Position numbers and translations under genes: made by a program. Below the pieces are notes generated by a model, which ran no database searches, was not told the DNA's origin, and saw only the letters and a list, made by a program, of their open reading frames with translations. 64,000 nucleotides of DNA from Escherichia coli (GTDB lineage: Bacteria > Pseudomonadota > Gammaproteobacteria > Enterobacterales > Enterobacteriaceae). Each line of letters opens with the position of its first letter. Within the stretch, counting starts at the first letter, position 1. The stretch is from assembly GCF_045037415.1 (NCBI RefSeq), contig NZ_CP173438.1. One strand, 5' to 3'. This document shows, in pieces, positions 47,652 through 58,339 of this stretch.

Positions 47652-48593
47652 TTAAGCCGGTTTTGTTAGCCCAAAAAATTCGCGGGCGGTTAATTCATCA
47701 CGCGCAATCTGCGCTTTCAGTTCGTCCAGCGATGCAAATCGCTGCTCATTGCGTATTTTTTTACGCAGCACTACTTGTATATGGCGACCATAAAGGTCCA
47801 TTGCAACATCTAACAAATGCACTTCCAGTTGCTGGCGAATACCGGCAACCGTTGGGCGTGTTCCGATGTTTGCAACGCCGGGTAACGGCTTTTCGCCAAG
47901 GCCCAACACTTCTACCGCATAAACCCCTTTCACCGGGGAAACCTGACGGCGTAGCGGTACATTCGCCGTCGGGAAACCTATAGTGCGCCCTAATTCATCA
48001 CCGTGGACTACACGCCCGGAGATGGCAAACGGGTGCCCCAGTAAACTTTCTGCCAGAGCCAGATTGTCATCCGCCAGCGCCTGACGCACGGCGGTGCTGC
48101 TGATACGCACGCCACCTTCGCAAAAAGTTTGCGTGCTGGTGATATCGAAGCCGTATTCCATACCCGCTTTCTGTAATAACAAGAAATCGCCTTCACGACC
48201 AGCGCCAAAGCGGAAATCGTCACCTACGGCAAGAAATTTTACCCGCAAGTGCTTCACCAGAAGATCACTGATGAAGTTTTGCGCGGTTAACGCCGCAAAA
48301 CGCCTGTCAAAACGCACGCACAGCACGTAATCAACGCCACACTCTGCAAGATAACGCAGTTTTTCCCGCAGCCGGGTCAGCCGTGCCGGGGCTTTATCAG
48401 TAGCAAACAGTTCCAGTGGTTGAGGTTCAAAAAGCATCACCATCACCGGTAAGTTGCGCTTGCGCCCTTCTTCCTGCAAGCCCTGTAACAGCGCGCGATG
48501 ACCGCGATGCACGCCGTCGAAATTACCAATAGTCAGCACACACCCTTCTTGCGGGGCCTGGCTGAGATTATGTATGCCGCGTATCAGCTTCAT
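47652..48593 (-). CDS. ribF: Bifunctional riboflavin kinase / FMN adenylyltransferase
   Basis: 313-aa ORF MKLIRGIHNLSQAPQEGCVLTIGNFDGVHRGH...; matches RibF. Confidence 0.96.
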   Translation of the reverse strand: MKLIRGIHNLSQAPQEGCVLTIGNFDGVHRGHRALLQGLQEEGRKRNLPVMVMLFEPQPLELFATDKAPARLTRLREKLRYLAECGVDYVLCVRFDRRFAALTAQNFISDLLVKHLRVKFLAVGDDFRFGAGREGDFLLLQKAGMEYGFDITSTQTFCEGGVRISSTAVRQALADDNLALAESLLGHPFAISGRVVHGDELGRTIGFPTANVPLRRQVSPVKGVYAVEVLGLGEKPLPGVANIGTRPTVAGIRQQLEVHLLDVAMDLYGRHIQVVLRKKIRNEQRFASLDELKAQIARDELTAREFFGLTKPA

Positions 48594-48600
48594 GTCTGGC

Positions 48601-48819
48601 TCAAAACAGTGAAAATCGTCCGAGTATACCTTGTACAGCGGTCAAGGTTAACCGGCGATTGAGTACCGAAATCAGAAAGAAGTGGCTTTTCATTGCTATG
48701 GCGCAAATCATGGGAAGAAACTGACCGCCTACTGCAATTTTTCTCGCGGAAAAGCTGTATTCACACCCCGCAAGCTGGTAGAATCCTGCGCCATCACTAC
48801 GTAACGAGTGCCGGCACAT
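48601..48819 (-). CDS. yaaY: Small ORF YaaY (72 aa), doubtful protein
   Basis: Matches the annotated K-12 yaaY ORF in the rpsT-ribF spacer; coding status is uncertain. Confidence 0.4.
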   Translation of the reverse strand: MCRHSLRSDGAGFYQLAGCEYSFSARKIAVGGQFLPMICAIAMKSHFFLISVLNRRLTLTAVQGILGRFSLF

Positions 48820-48900
48820 TAACGGCGCTTATTTGCACAAATCCATTGACAAAAGAAGGCTAAAAGGGCATATTCCTCGGCCTTTGAATTGTCCATATAG

Positions 48901-49185
<285 letters not shown>

Positions 49186-49208
49186 TTGCCTGTTGTTGTC
49201 AGCTTTGT

Positions 49209-49237
49209 AAAAAAACCCGCTCTGGCGGGTTTTTTTA
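49209..49237 (+). terminator. Intrinsic terminator of rpsT (A-run, GC hairpin, T-run; possibly bidirectional)
   Basis: aaaaaaacccgc-tctg-gcgggttttttt about 25 nt after the rpsT stop. Confidence 0.75.
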
Positions 49238-49573
49238 TGCCTGCGGAAGTTACCGTTAATCGATTATATATTTTCTCCATGAATACATCATAAATATAAT
49301 TGATGCTTTTTCATTGTGAAAGATAAAATATTTCATTTGGCTGTAAAACGTGAACTGTATAACAAATAGCAGGAAAACTGAATAAAAAACTAATTAACGC
49401 AACCTTAAAACGAAAAATTATAATTGTCGCTCTTCCCCACTTTAATTACTCTCATTGCCACAACGTTGCTTTACATCATTAATAAATACGCATCAAGGAT
49501 AGTTAGCATGTATTTGCTTAGAAAGTAAAAGTCGTTTTTCTGAGCCAGGCATTCTTGTTCTGGAGAGAATATA

Positions 49574-50947
49574 ATGAGTTCCGTACTTGAAACTGATAAA
49601 TCATCCGCATCCGATTCACTGCCTTTAATACAACGGATCAGCTATGGTTCGCTGGATGTTGCAGGTAATCTGCTCTACTGTTTTGGCTCCACCTACATTC
49701 TCTATTTCTACACTGACGTGGCGGGCATAAGCCTTGCCGTAGCTGGCATCATCCTGCTACTGGCGCGTATTGTAGACGGTATCGATGCCCCGGTATGGGG
49801 GATTATTATTGATAAAACGCATTCCCGCTACGGTAAATGTCGGCCGTGGTTTTTATGGTTGCCATTACCTTTTGCTGTATTTAGCGCACTCTCATTCTGG
49901 TCGCCAGATATCAGTATGACAGGTAAAACCATATATTCAGCAATATCGTACATGTTAGCCAGCATTCTTTTTACCGGTTTAAACACGCCGCTAAGCGCAA
50001 TATTACCTTTGATGACGTTATCACCAAAAGAACGGTTGGTATTAAACTCTTACCGGATGACCGGCGGGCAAATTGGCGTGTTATTAATGAATGCGACGGC
50101 GCTACCGTTAGTGGCTTTTCTTGGAAACGGTAATGATAAGGCAGGATTTATTTATACTGCTATCGTCTTTTCCGTAATCTCCTGTGCGCTAACGCTATTT
50201 GCCTTCAAAAATATTCGAGAACTGGATACCGACAAAATACAGCAGGAACCACGTCTGCCGATGAAAAAGAGCTTTTCGGCAATGAAAGGCAACTGGCCGT
50301 GGATCCTGATGGTGCTGGCAAATCTCATCTTCTGGATTGCCTTACAGCAGCGCAACACAACCATTGTTTACTATTTAACCTACAACCTGGATCGCAAAGA
50401 TTTAGTTCCCTTGATCAACAGCCTCGCCACCATTCAGATTTTGTTTATCATCGCAATTCCGTTTTTCAGCCGTTACCTCTCCAAAACCTGGATTTGGATC
50501 ACCGGCCTGCTGGTCGCCATGTTCGGCGGAGGACTGATGTGGCTGGCTGGAGACAATATTCCTTTGATGATTGCCGCCTGGATGCTGGCGAATATTGGCA
50601 GTGGCATTGCCTGCTCTATGCCCTTCGCCATGCTTGGTTTCGCGGTTGATTTTGGTCGCTGGAAAACAGGGATTAAAGCTACCGGCATTCTAATCGCCTT
50701 CGGCAGTACCTTCTGCATCAAGATGGGCAGTGGTATCGGCACCGCCTTCGCCGCCTGGATTATGAACAGCTTTGGCTATATTCCCAACCAGCCACAAACT
50801 GCCGCCGGTCTGGACGGTATTAGCTGGGCGTTTATCTGGGTGCCAGCCGTGCTCTTTGCACTCGCCGCCATTCCACTGCTCTTCTTTCGTAAATATGAAG
50901 CGATGGAAGAGTGCATCCAACACGATTTGCAAGTTCATAACCCTTAA
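49574..50947 (+). CDS. Glycoside-pentoside-hexuronide (GPH/MFS_2) family cation symporter, accessory
   Basis: 457-aa ORF with about 12 TM segments and GPH-like N-terminus (similar to YicJ/YagG/melibiose-type carriers); not at this position in K-12. Confidence 0.8.
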   Translation: MSSVLETDKSSASDSLPLIQRISYGSLDVAGNLLYCFGSTYILYFYTDVAGISLAVAGIILLLARIVDGIDAPVWGIIIDKTHSRYGKCRPWFLWLPLPFAVFSALSFWSPDISMTGKTIYSAISYMLASILFTGLNTPLSAILPLMTLSPKERLVLNSYRMTGGQIGVLLMNATALPLVAFLGNGNDKAGFIYTAIVFSVISCALTLFAFKNIRELDTDKIQQEPRLPMKKSFSAMKGNWPWILMVLANLIFWIALQQRNTTIVYYLTYNLDRKDLVPLINSLATIQILFIIAIPFFSRYLSKTWIWITGLLVAMFGGGLMWLAGDNIPLMIAAWMLANIGSGIACSMPFAMLGFAVDFGRWKTGIKATGILIAFGSTFCIKMGSGIGTAFAAWIMNSFGYIPNQPQTAAGLDGISWAFIWVPAVLFALAAIPLLFFRKYEAMEECIQHDLQVHNP

Positions 50948-50974
50948 ACATGTCACAAGCTCCTGGAGGAAATT

Positions 50975-53014
50975 ATGTCGTTTATTAAGCAAGATCCCCA
51001 TCGTCTGGTCTGGCAACAAGACGATCGTTATCTCTGGATTGAAGCATGGGGTGAGAACAGTTTACGTGTGCGTAGCGGTCGCCATCTGCCGATGATGCGC
51101 AATGAAAACTGGGCATTAACAGAAGAAAAAGGTGATGCTGTCGCCTATATCACATATGAAGAAAAGCAGGCAACACTACAAAACGGCAAAATCACCGCCA
51201 TTGTTAATCTGCAGGGTCAGATCTCTTTCTGGCGTAATGCAGAAAAATGCCTGCTGCAGGAGTTCTGGCGTCAGCGCGGCGAAATTGGCGAAGATGAGTC
51301 GGCCCACGGTCAGTATGTCAGCGCCCTGAATTTACAGGCCCGCGAGTTCAAACCGATTCCCGGCGGGAAATACACAATCAAGGCGCGGTTCGAAGCCAAC
51401 GATGGCGAAAAGTTGTTTGGCATGGGGCAGTACCAGCAGCCAAATCTGGATTTAAAAGGCTGTATGCTAGAGCTGGCGCAGCGTAATTCTCAGGCATCGG
51501 TTCCCTTCCTGCTTTCTAATCGCGGCTATGGTTTTCTGTGGAATAACCCAGCGGTGGGTCGCGTCACTTTCGCGCAAAATGGCACGGAATGGGTGGCAGA
51601 AGTTAGCGAACAGTTGGACTACTGGGTTACCGCAGGGGATACTCCCGCAGAAATCAGCGCCGCCTATGCACGTGTTACCGGTACGCCGCCAATGATGCCC
51701 GATTACGCCATGGGATTCTGGCAGTGCAAGTTGCGCTACCGTAATCAGCAAGAGTTACTAGAAGTTGCACGTGGCTACAAGCAGCGTAATTTGCCTATTT
51801 CGGTGATTGTCATCGATTTCTTCCATTGGCCGAATCAGGGTGACTGGATGTTCGATCTGCGCGACTGGCCCGATCCCGATGCCATGATTGCCGAACTAAA
51901 AGAGATGGGCATTGAACTGATGGTCTCCTTCTGGCCCACGGTTGATAACCGTACCGAGAGTTATCGGGAGATGAAAGAAAACGGCTGGCTGGTCCACACC
52001 GAGCGTGGTTTGCCTATCAATATGGATTTCCTTGGCAACACCACGTTCTTTGATGCTACCCATCCTGGCGCACGGGAATATGTCTGGAACAAAGCCAAAC
52101 GCAATTATTACGATAAAGGCGTGAAACTGTTCTGGCTGGATGAAGCCGAGCCAGAGTTCGGTGTTTACGATTATGACAACTATCGTTACTACGCAGGGCC
52201 TGTGCTGGAAGTCGGTAATATCTATCCGCGTATGTACGCCAAAACGTTCTTCGATGGTATGACCGCGGCTGGTGAAAAGCAGGTGATTAACCTGCTGCGC
52301 TGTGCCTGGGCTGGCAGTCAGAAATATGGCGCTCTGGTGTGGTCAGGCGATATTCACTCCTCTTTCCGTTCTTTGCGTAATCAGTTTGCCGCTGGCTTGA
52401 ACATGGGAATTGCCGGGATCCCGTGGTGGACAACCGATATTGGTGGTTTCCACGGCGGTAATATTCACGATCCGAAATTCCATGAACTGTTAATTCGCTG
52501 GTTCCAGTGGGGGGTATTCAGCCCAGTAATGCGTTTACATGGCAACCGCGACCCGCAGGTTTTGCCTGAACAACCCTATCGTGATGGCATAGCACAATGT
52601 CCGACTGGCGCGCCGAATGAAGTCTGGAGCTATGGTGAAGAAACCGGTGAAATTCTCACTTCCTGCCTGCAGTTGCGTGAAAAACTGAAATCTTATATCA
52701 GTAAAATTATGGCTGAGACGCACGAGAAGAACAGCCCGATAATGCGCACGATGTTCTTTGAATTTCCTGACCAGGCAGAAAGCTGGAATATTTATGATCA
52801 GTACTGCTTTGGCCCAGACCTTCTCGTTGCCCCTGTAATGCACGAAGGTACACGTTCACGTGATGTCTGGTTGCCTGCTGGAGAGACATGGATCGATTTT
52901 TATACCCATGAACACTACGCGGGTGGGCAAACGCTTCATCATTGCGCACCGCTGCACCAGATACCGGTATTCATTCGCGAGAAAGGGAAATATCGCCAGA
53001 TATTTCCCGTTTAA
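50975..53014 (+). CDS. Glycoside hydrolase family 31 (alpha-glycosidase), accessory
   Basis: 679-aa ORF with GH31-like catalytic motifs (LFWLDEAEPE nucleophile-region-like; WSGDIHS acid/base-like); 27 nt downstream of the transporter gene. Confidence 0.8.
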   Translation: MSFIKQDPHRLVWQQDDRYLWIEAWGENSLRVRSGRHLPMMRNENWALTEEKGDAVAYITYEEKQATLQNGKITAIVNLQGQISFWRNAEKCLLQEFWRQRGEIGEDESAHGQYVSALNLQAREFKPIPGGKYTIKARFEANDGEKLFGMGQYQQPNLDLKGCMLELAQRNSQASVPFLLSNRGYGFLWNNPAVGRVTFAQNGTEWVAEVSEQLDYWVTAGDTPAEISAAYARVTGTPPMMPDYAMGFWQCKLRYRNQQELLEVARGYKQRNLPISVIVIDFFHWPNQGDWMFDLRDWPDPDAMIAELKEMGIELMVSFWPTVDNRTESYREMKENGWLVHTERGLPINMDFLGNTTFFDATHPGAREYVWNKAKRNYYDKGVKLFWLDEAEPEFGVYDYDNYRYYAGPVLEVGNIYPRMYAKTFFDGMTAAGEKQVINLLRCAWAGSQKYGALVWSGDIHSSFRSLRNQFAAGLNMGIAGIPWWTTDIGGFHGGNIHDPKFHELLIRWFQWGVFSPVMRLHGNRDPQVLPEQPYRDGIAQCPTGAPNEVWSYGEETGEILTSCLQLREKLKSYISKIMAETHEKNSPIMRTMFFEFPDQAESWNIYDQYCFGPDLLVAPVMHEGTRSRDVWLPAGETWIDFYTHEHYAGGQTLHHCAPLHQIPVFIREKGKYRQIFPV

Positions 53015-53071
53015 AGGACATCGTTTGTTCATTAGCACGCCCCGTATGTAGCGGGGCGTGAGTTTTAATAG

Positions 53072-53977
53072 CTATCGTGAGGCGGGAGAAAACAACGAAG
53101 AATAATCCGTATTGCAGATTCGCTGTACCGCCGGGTGCTGAATCATCCGCTCAGCAAAAATAGCATGGTACTCTTCCATCACATTCTCGACGCGACCAAT
53201 TTCTACGACAGTTTTATCGGCATAAAAGTCATATGCATAAAGCGTTGGAGCAACGAAGATTGCATTGTGCATCGCACCAAAAGCTTTCATCAACGCGGCA
53301 TCATCAAACTCGCCAAGGATTTCTACGTTTAATCCCTGGGAGTTAAACCAGTTAAGCAATTTGCGCCCTAACATTGAACGTCGCCCAGGAATCAAAAGCC
53401 GCCGTTCTTCCAGACAAGCCGGGAACGGTTTTTCCGGTGGTGGATTTGTACACCAGAAACTCACGCCACATTCGCCAATTCTCACGGAGAACAGGCCTTC
53501 CTGCTGCGTAGAATCTATCGGACAGTCGGAAATGATCATATCCAGTTTATGCTGACTTAATTGCTCCAGCAGCATTTCGTGGGTGGATTCGAAGCAGCGA
53601 AGATGAATCGGCTCGCCTTCTACCACTGCGGCGTTAAGTACGCTACTGACCAGACGTTTGGAAAGTGCATCTGCCACACCAACATCAAACAATAAGTTGG
53701 ACTCTTTGCGATAGTTGACGATATCCAGCATTTCCTGGCTTAAGGTGAACATTTTATCGGCATAGCGATAGACCAGTTCCCCCAGTTCGCTGGGTTCCAG
53801 ACCACGTCCTTTACGCTTAAATAGTTTCCCTTGCAGGCGCTCTTCCAGCGCCCGGATCTGCCCGGTAATGGTTTGTGGTGTTAAATAAAGCGCCTCCGCT
53901 GCGCCAACCACAGAACCTTCTTTGTAGACATGCCAGAAGTAATACAAGTGGTTGTAATTGATATGAGACATGCTCAT
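53072..53977 (-). CDS. nhaR: LysR-family activator of nhaA
   Basis: Internal Met [30 protein letters not shown]... gives the 301-aa NhaR. Confidence 0.95.
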   Translation of the reverse strand: MSMSHINYNHLYYFWHVYKEGSVVGAAEALYLTPQTITGQIRALEERLQGKLFKRKGRGLEPSELGELVYRYADKMFTLSQEMLDIVNYRKESNLLFDVGVADALSKRLVSSVLNAAVVEGEPIHLRCFESTHEMLLEQLSQHKLDMIISDCPIDSTQQEGLFSVRIGECGVSFWCTNPPPEKPFPACLEERRLLIPGRRSMLGRKLLNWFNSQGLNVEILGEFDDAALMKAFGAMHNAIFVAPTLYAYDFYADKTVVEIGRVENVMEEYHAIFAERMIQHPAVQRICNTDYSSLFSPASR

Positions 53978-54036
53978 TTCTCTCCCTGATAACAATGAAA
54001 AGGGAGCCGTTTATGGCTCCCCAGTACATCGTCCTG

Positions 54037-55203
54037 TCAAACTGATGGACGTAAACGAACGCGTAACCAGCTATATCCAATTACCGCCGAAGAAATTGAA
54101 CCGACAAGGATACCTAATTTTGCCCAGTTAATCAGTTCTGGATCTACGCTACCAAATGCCAGGCTGGCAATAAAGATAGACATAGTAAAACCGATACCGC
54201 ACAGGATACCAACCGCCATAATTTGCTGGTAAGTCGTTCCCTCTGGCAGATGTGCCAGTTTCAAACGCAGCGCCAACCAGCAGAACAGACTAATACCCAG
54301 TGGCTTGCCAATCAGCAAACCAGCGATGATCCCTAATGGCAGAATGGAGGTCAAACCTTCCAGCGTGACACCTTGCAGTGAAACGCCAGCATTAGCAAAT
54401 GCAAACAGCGGCAAAATCAGATACGCCACCCATGGATGCAAAACATGCTCCAGACGTTTAGCCGGAGAGCGCCCATGCTTCTCTTTTAACGGAATAAAGA
54501 AGCCGACAATGACGCCAGCCAGCGTTGCATGGACACCTGATTTCAACACCGCTGTCCACAGCACCACGCCAACCAGAATATAAACGCCCGTGCGGCGTAC
54601 ACCACACAGATTCAATACCGCGAGTACCGCAATTGCTACAGCCGCGACGCCAAGAGAGGCCATCGATAAGTCATTAGTGTAGAACAATGCGATGATAATG
54701 ATGGCCCCAAGATCGTCGATAATAGCCAGAGCCATCAAAAAGATCTTCAGCGCTAACGGAACACGACTTCCCAACAGCGCCAACACACCAAGTGCAAAGG
54801 CAATGTCAGTCGCCGCCGGGATTGCCCAGCCTTCGCGAGTGATAGGATCGGCATAGTTAAAAGCCAGATAGAGCAATGCCGGGACAATCATCCCGCCGAT
54901 TGCGGCAATAACAGGAAATGCCGCCTGGCGCAGACTGGCCAGCGAACCTTGCATCAGCTCGCGTTTAACTTCCAGACCAACCAACAGGAAAAATACCGCC
55001 ATCAGAGCGTCATTGATCCATAGCAGCATGTTCTTGTTGATCTCAAGTGTCCCAACCCGGAGCTGAACCGGCGTCTCAAGAAAGTCGTGATACCATCCAC
55101 TGGTTGCACCGCTGTTGGCCATAATCATCGCTAATACAGCGGCAATAATGAGAATAATGCCTCCCGAGGCATCACTGCTAAAGAATCGATGCAGATGTTT
55201 CAC
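54037..55203 (-). CDS. nhaA: Na+/H+ antiporter NhaA
   Basis: 388-aa [34 protein letters not shown]...; matches NhaA. Confidence 0.97.
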   Translation of the reverse strand: MKHLHRFFSSDASGGIILIIAAVLAMIMANSGATSGWYHDFLETPVQLRVGTLEINKNMLLWINDALMAVFFLLVGLEVKRELMQGSLASLRQAAFPVIAAIGGMIVPALLYLAFNYADPITREGWAIPAATDIAFALGVLALLGSRVPLALKIFLMALAIIDDLGAIIIIALFYTNDLSMASLGVAAVAIAVLAVLNLCGVRRTGVYILVGVVLWTAVLKSGVHATLAGVIVGFFIPLKEKHGRSPAKRLEHVLHPWVAYLILPLFAFANAGVSLQGVTLEGLTSILPLGIIAGLLIGKPLGISLFCWLALRLKLAHLPEGTTYQQIMAVGILCGIGFTMSIFIASLAFGSVDPELINWAKLGILVGSISSAVIGYSWLRVRLRPSV

Positions 55204-55437
55204 TTTTTATTTCTCTTCAGGTGAATAGATCGTTTTCACGATTTTACCCCGCACGAATCATCGTTAAAATCAGATTATAGTGTAGGAATAGCTCGCTTTT
55301 TACGATCTATTAAAAGAATTGCGCCATCAGCGAGAGATGAGTTTTTGATGCCCGAAAGCGGCGGCTGATGACCTTAAACCCCATTAATCATAGTCTAATG
55401 TCAAGATTTCTGAAGAAATTATTCGGAAAAGTAATAA

Positions 55438-56703
55438 TTAAATTGTTCCATGCTCTAGTTTTTTATTCCACAGATGTTTGAGGATATCTAATGTAGAAAC
55501 GACATTCGCAGGAGACATTCGGTTCAATGATATAAGGAAAGGATGGTTCTCCACAAAGTGGATAAAACGCGTCGCACTGTTCAATGTTGCATGCCGCATC
55601 TCGCGGACTTTCTTACTGCCAGTGAGATTGCATACAGCCATTGAATAATTGCGGTTAGAAAATGCACGCCAGACATTATTTCGTACCCCACCACTAAGGA
55701 ATAATCGCGGCGGAAAATCAATGGTGGCGGGTGCCACACCGCGCTCTTTGACAAAGGAAATATGGCAGCGACCTTGATGAATATGCTGCAAATTAGCCAT
55801 CAGGCAGCCGCCCAATATAAAGCATTCGTGATCAAGGTAATGCTGAACGTTGTTGGAATGCTCATCGGTCAGTATTCTGACCAGTTCAAAATGACGATAT
55901 GCCGGAAGAACCGGTTTTACCAACATTCCCGGATCGTTTTGATGTAAAACTGCCGGGCCGTAATCAATATCAAACAAGGTATCCCGCCGCATAGTAAGTA
56001 ACTCTTTGCGCTGGACATGATGTGCCAGCGTCCCTGGAGACATACGCTCTTCATAGTTCGATGTGTATTGATAATGTTGCTCTACGGCAGATGGGGAGTA
56101 ATTGGTTGAGATGGCAACCACCCTGCCGCTTTGTTCTTCTGCGGTAACAAGAGCATAAAGAGAGTTATTGCTACCATTATACTTGACGCGAAAAGCGCGG
56201 GTACTCAGGGTAATATCAGAAGCTGGGAAACACTGTCGACTTTCTTTATAGTTTGCTTCACGCGCTAATTTTAACAGTTCACGGCTAAGTCCAGTGCTGT
56301 TAAGAAGTAATGACTTTCTGATATCCGCAAGTGCCTCCCCTTGCTCAATCATCAATGCTAACTGGGCTCCTCGTGGTGTGGTAATTACATGTTCCAGAGT
56401 GATAAATGTTTTCTCACAATGATGGCAATACATTCTTCTCTGGCCTTGTGCAGAATATCCATATTTTTTGAGGGACGTGCCTCCGCAAGTTGAACATTGG
56501 CAAATCAAACCTCTCCAGGAGTGATTCACAATATTACGATAAATATTAAGCGACTGTTCAGATATCACTGGAAACAAGTAACCACATTCACGGCATAAAA
56601 TATTTTTACCCTGTGCGACATAATCCTGGCTATTCAGCAACCCCAGGTTTTTACATCCTGGTGTTTTGCAACAATCAACATTTACGTTGGTAAACATATC
56701 CAC
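55438..56703 (-). CDS. Cys-rich 421-aa protein with N-terminal zinc-ribbon motifs (IS1 InsA-like signature), function unknown, accessory
   Basis: N-terminal 100 aa carry four Cys pairs; CQCSTCGG...YGYSAQGQRRMYCHHCEKTF closely resembles the InsA zinc finger CPSCSA...[20 protein letters not shown]. No CxxxCxxC radical-SAM motif. AT-rich gene. Confidence 0.5.
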   Translation of the reverse strand: MDMFTNVNVDCCKTPGCKNLGLLNSQDYVAQGKNILCRECGYLFPVISEQSLNIYRNIVNHSWRGLICQCSTCGGTSLKKYGYSAQGQRRMYCHHCEKTFITLEHVITTPRGAQLALMIEQGEALADIRKSLLLNSTGLSRELLKLAREANYKESRQCFPASDITLSTRAFRVKYNGSNNSLYALVTAEEQSGRVVAISTNYSPSAVEQHYQYTSNYEERMSPGTLAHHVQRKELLTMRRDTLFDIDYGPAVLHQNDPGMLVKPVLPAYRHFELVRILTDEHSNNVQHYLDHECFILGGCLMANLQHIHQGRCHISFVKERGVAPATIDFPPRLFLSGGVRNNVWRAFSNRNYSMAVCNLTGSKKVREMRHATLNSATRFIHFVENHPFLISLNRMSPANVVSTLDILKHLWNKKLEHGTI

Positions 56704-56741
56704 TCCCTGCGAATAGCCGTATCTTGATATTGTTCAACGCG

Positions 56742-56780
56742 AAAAGAACCTGATTCAATGCGTAGCACTGAATCAGGCGG
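56742..56780 (-). terminator. Putative intrinsic terminator after the sulfatase gene
   Basis: Perfect 9-bp inverted repeat cctgattca-N11-tgaatcagg followed on the minus strand by ttcttttcgc. Confidence 0.45.
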
Positions 56781-56825
56781 GCATAGCCCTAAATGGCATA
56801 CATTACATTTATTATGATTATCAGG

Positions 56826-58319
56826 TTAGCCCCAGGTCACCGCTTCTGGTTTATCACCTCTGGCTTTCATTAGAGAATCATTATCAATATCAGTTTTATA
56901 TTTTAAAAACTTACCATACATCTGTTTTTCAATATCTGGTTTTTTACCGATCAGATTAAGTGTTTCATAACGATCAGATTTCAGATTGTAGAGATATTTC
57001 GGTTTATTATTGCGATCGATAATCATCTTCCAGTCACCATCACGGATCGCCCATTCATCGGTTGGATCATCCTGGAATGGCATATCAATCCCGAAAATTA
57101 ATGGCTTTTCGCGTTTCAATGCTTTTTGCTCAAGAACAGGAACCAGCGATTCACCATCGAAAGTACGGTCTGTAGGTAATTTGAAGTTCATCATTTTCGC
57201 TAAAGTAGGCATCCAGTCCAGACCATAAACGGGTGTATCTGAAACCATTCCCTGTGGTAGATGTTTACCATATTTAATAATGGCTGGAACACGAATTCCG
57301 CCTTCCCAAAGGTTATCCTTGCGACCGCGTAATCCATCCGTTTCCCCTGCCAAATTCAGCTCATACACTTTGCGCGCTTCACGCGTTACCGGACCGTTAT
57401 CACTGGTAAAAATAACGATTGTGTTATCTTCTTCACCCACAGCTTTGATTTTATCCAGCACTTTTCCAACCTGTGCATCCAGATAGCTGATATTGGCATA
57501 ATATTCCCCCACACCACGCCAGGGTTTGTCTGCCCAGTCGCCATAAAATAAATCAGGATGCTGCTTCTGATACGCGCTCATATATTGTGAGTACATATCG
57601 AGGTATTTTTTGGGCGAAGCCAGGGGGCTATGCACTTCGGTAAAAGCAACATAGAGGAAGAAAGGCTTGCTGTCCTTTTTGTTATCCAGCCAGTTGACGA
57701 CTTCCGAACTGACATACTCACCGCTCATTTTATCGGCTCGTGGAGTGGGTTGCCCGTTACGTAGCCAGCCTGTCGGGTAAACCATGCCATAACGCGGGCG
57801 TTCTTTAGCGTTATCCAGCGTGGCGTCGGTAACAAAGCCCGCCGTATTAACCAGTGAGTAATCAAAGCCCATATCTTGTGCTTGTGGCTGATCGGTGCGA
57901 TCGCTGCCTGCATTCAGATGCAGCTTACCCATCATTGCCGTGTCGTACCCTTGCGCTTTGAGTAGATTAGCAATCGTGAGTTCGTTACGCCCTAAGGCAA
58001 CATCTTTGCCTGAAGGAATCCATGAGCGAATTCCAGTACGAAATGGCATCCGGCCGGTTAATAGCCCTGCGCGTGAAGGTGAACTTAAAGGAGCGGGGGC
58101 ATAGTAGTCAGTAAATTTGACCCCTTCCTGGGCAAGCCTGTCGATATTAGGTGTTTTAACGATCTGATGACCATATGTTGCTAAATCGCCATAACCTAAA
58201 TCATCCGCCATAATAATGACTAAATTAGGTTGTTTAGCCTCTGCGGCTAAGGCAGGACTAAAAGCATTCCCTGTGCAAACTGCAAGGCCGATCAAACTGG
58301 CCATTAACGTTTTCTGCAT
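56826..58319 (-). CDS. Periplasmic arylsulfatase-family hydrolase, Ser-type (signature SSPSRAGLLTG), accessory
   Basis: 497-aa ORF with Sec signal peptide and the sulfatase active-site signature [C/S]-x-P-x-R-x4-TG with Ser at the formylglycine position. Confidence 0.85.
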   Translation of the reverse strand: MQKTLMASLIGLAVCTGNAFSPALAAEAKQPNLVIIMADDLGYGDLATYGHQIVKTPNIDRLAQEGVKFTDYYAPAPLSSPSRAGLLTGRMPFRTGIRSWIPSGKDVALGRNELTIANLLKAQGYDTAMMGKLHLNAGSDRTDQPQAQDMGFDYSLVNTAGFVTDATLDNAKERPRYGMVYPTGWLRNGQPTPRADKMSGEYVSSEVVNWLDNKKDSKPFFLYVAFTEVHSPLASPKKYLDMYSQYMSAYQKQHPDLFYGDWADKPWRGVGEYYANISYLDAQVGKVLDKIKAVGEEDNTIVIFTSDNGPVTREARKVYELNLAGETDGLRGRKDNLWEGGIRVPAIIKYGKHLPQGMVSDTPVYGLDWMPTLAKMMNFKLPTDRTFDGESLVPVLEQKALKREKPLIFGIDMPFQDDPTDEWAIRDGDWKMIIDRNNKPKYLYNLKSDRYETLNLIGKKPDIEKQMYGKFLKYKTDIDNDSLMKARGDKPEAVTWG

Positions 58320-58339
58320 AATTATTCCCTGATAAAAAA

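Noticed and set aside
55438-56703. Cys-rich protein as an AtsB/AslB-type radical-SAM sulfatase maturase
   Set aside because: No CxxxCxxC radical-SAM motif and no SPASM-like C-terminal Cys cluster; the Cys pattern instead resembles transposase-type zinc ribbons.
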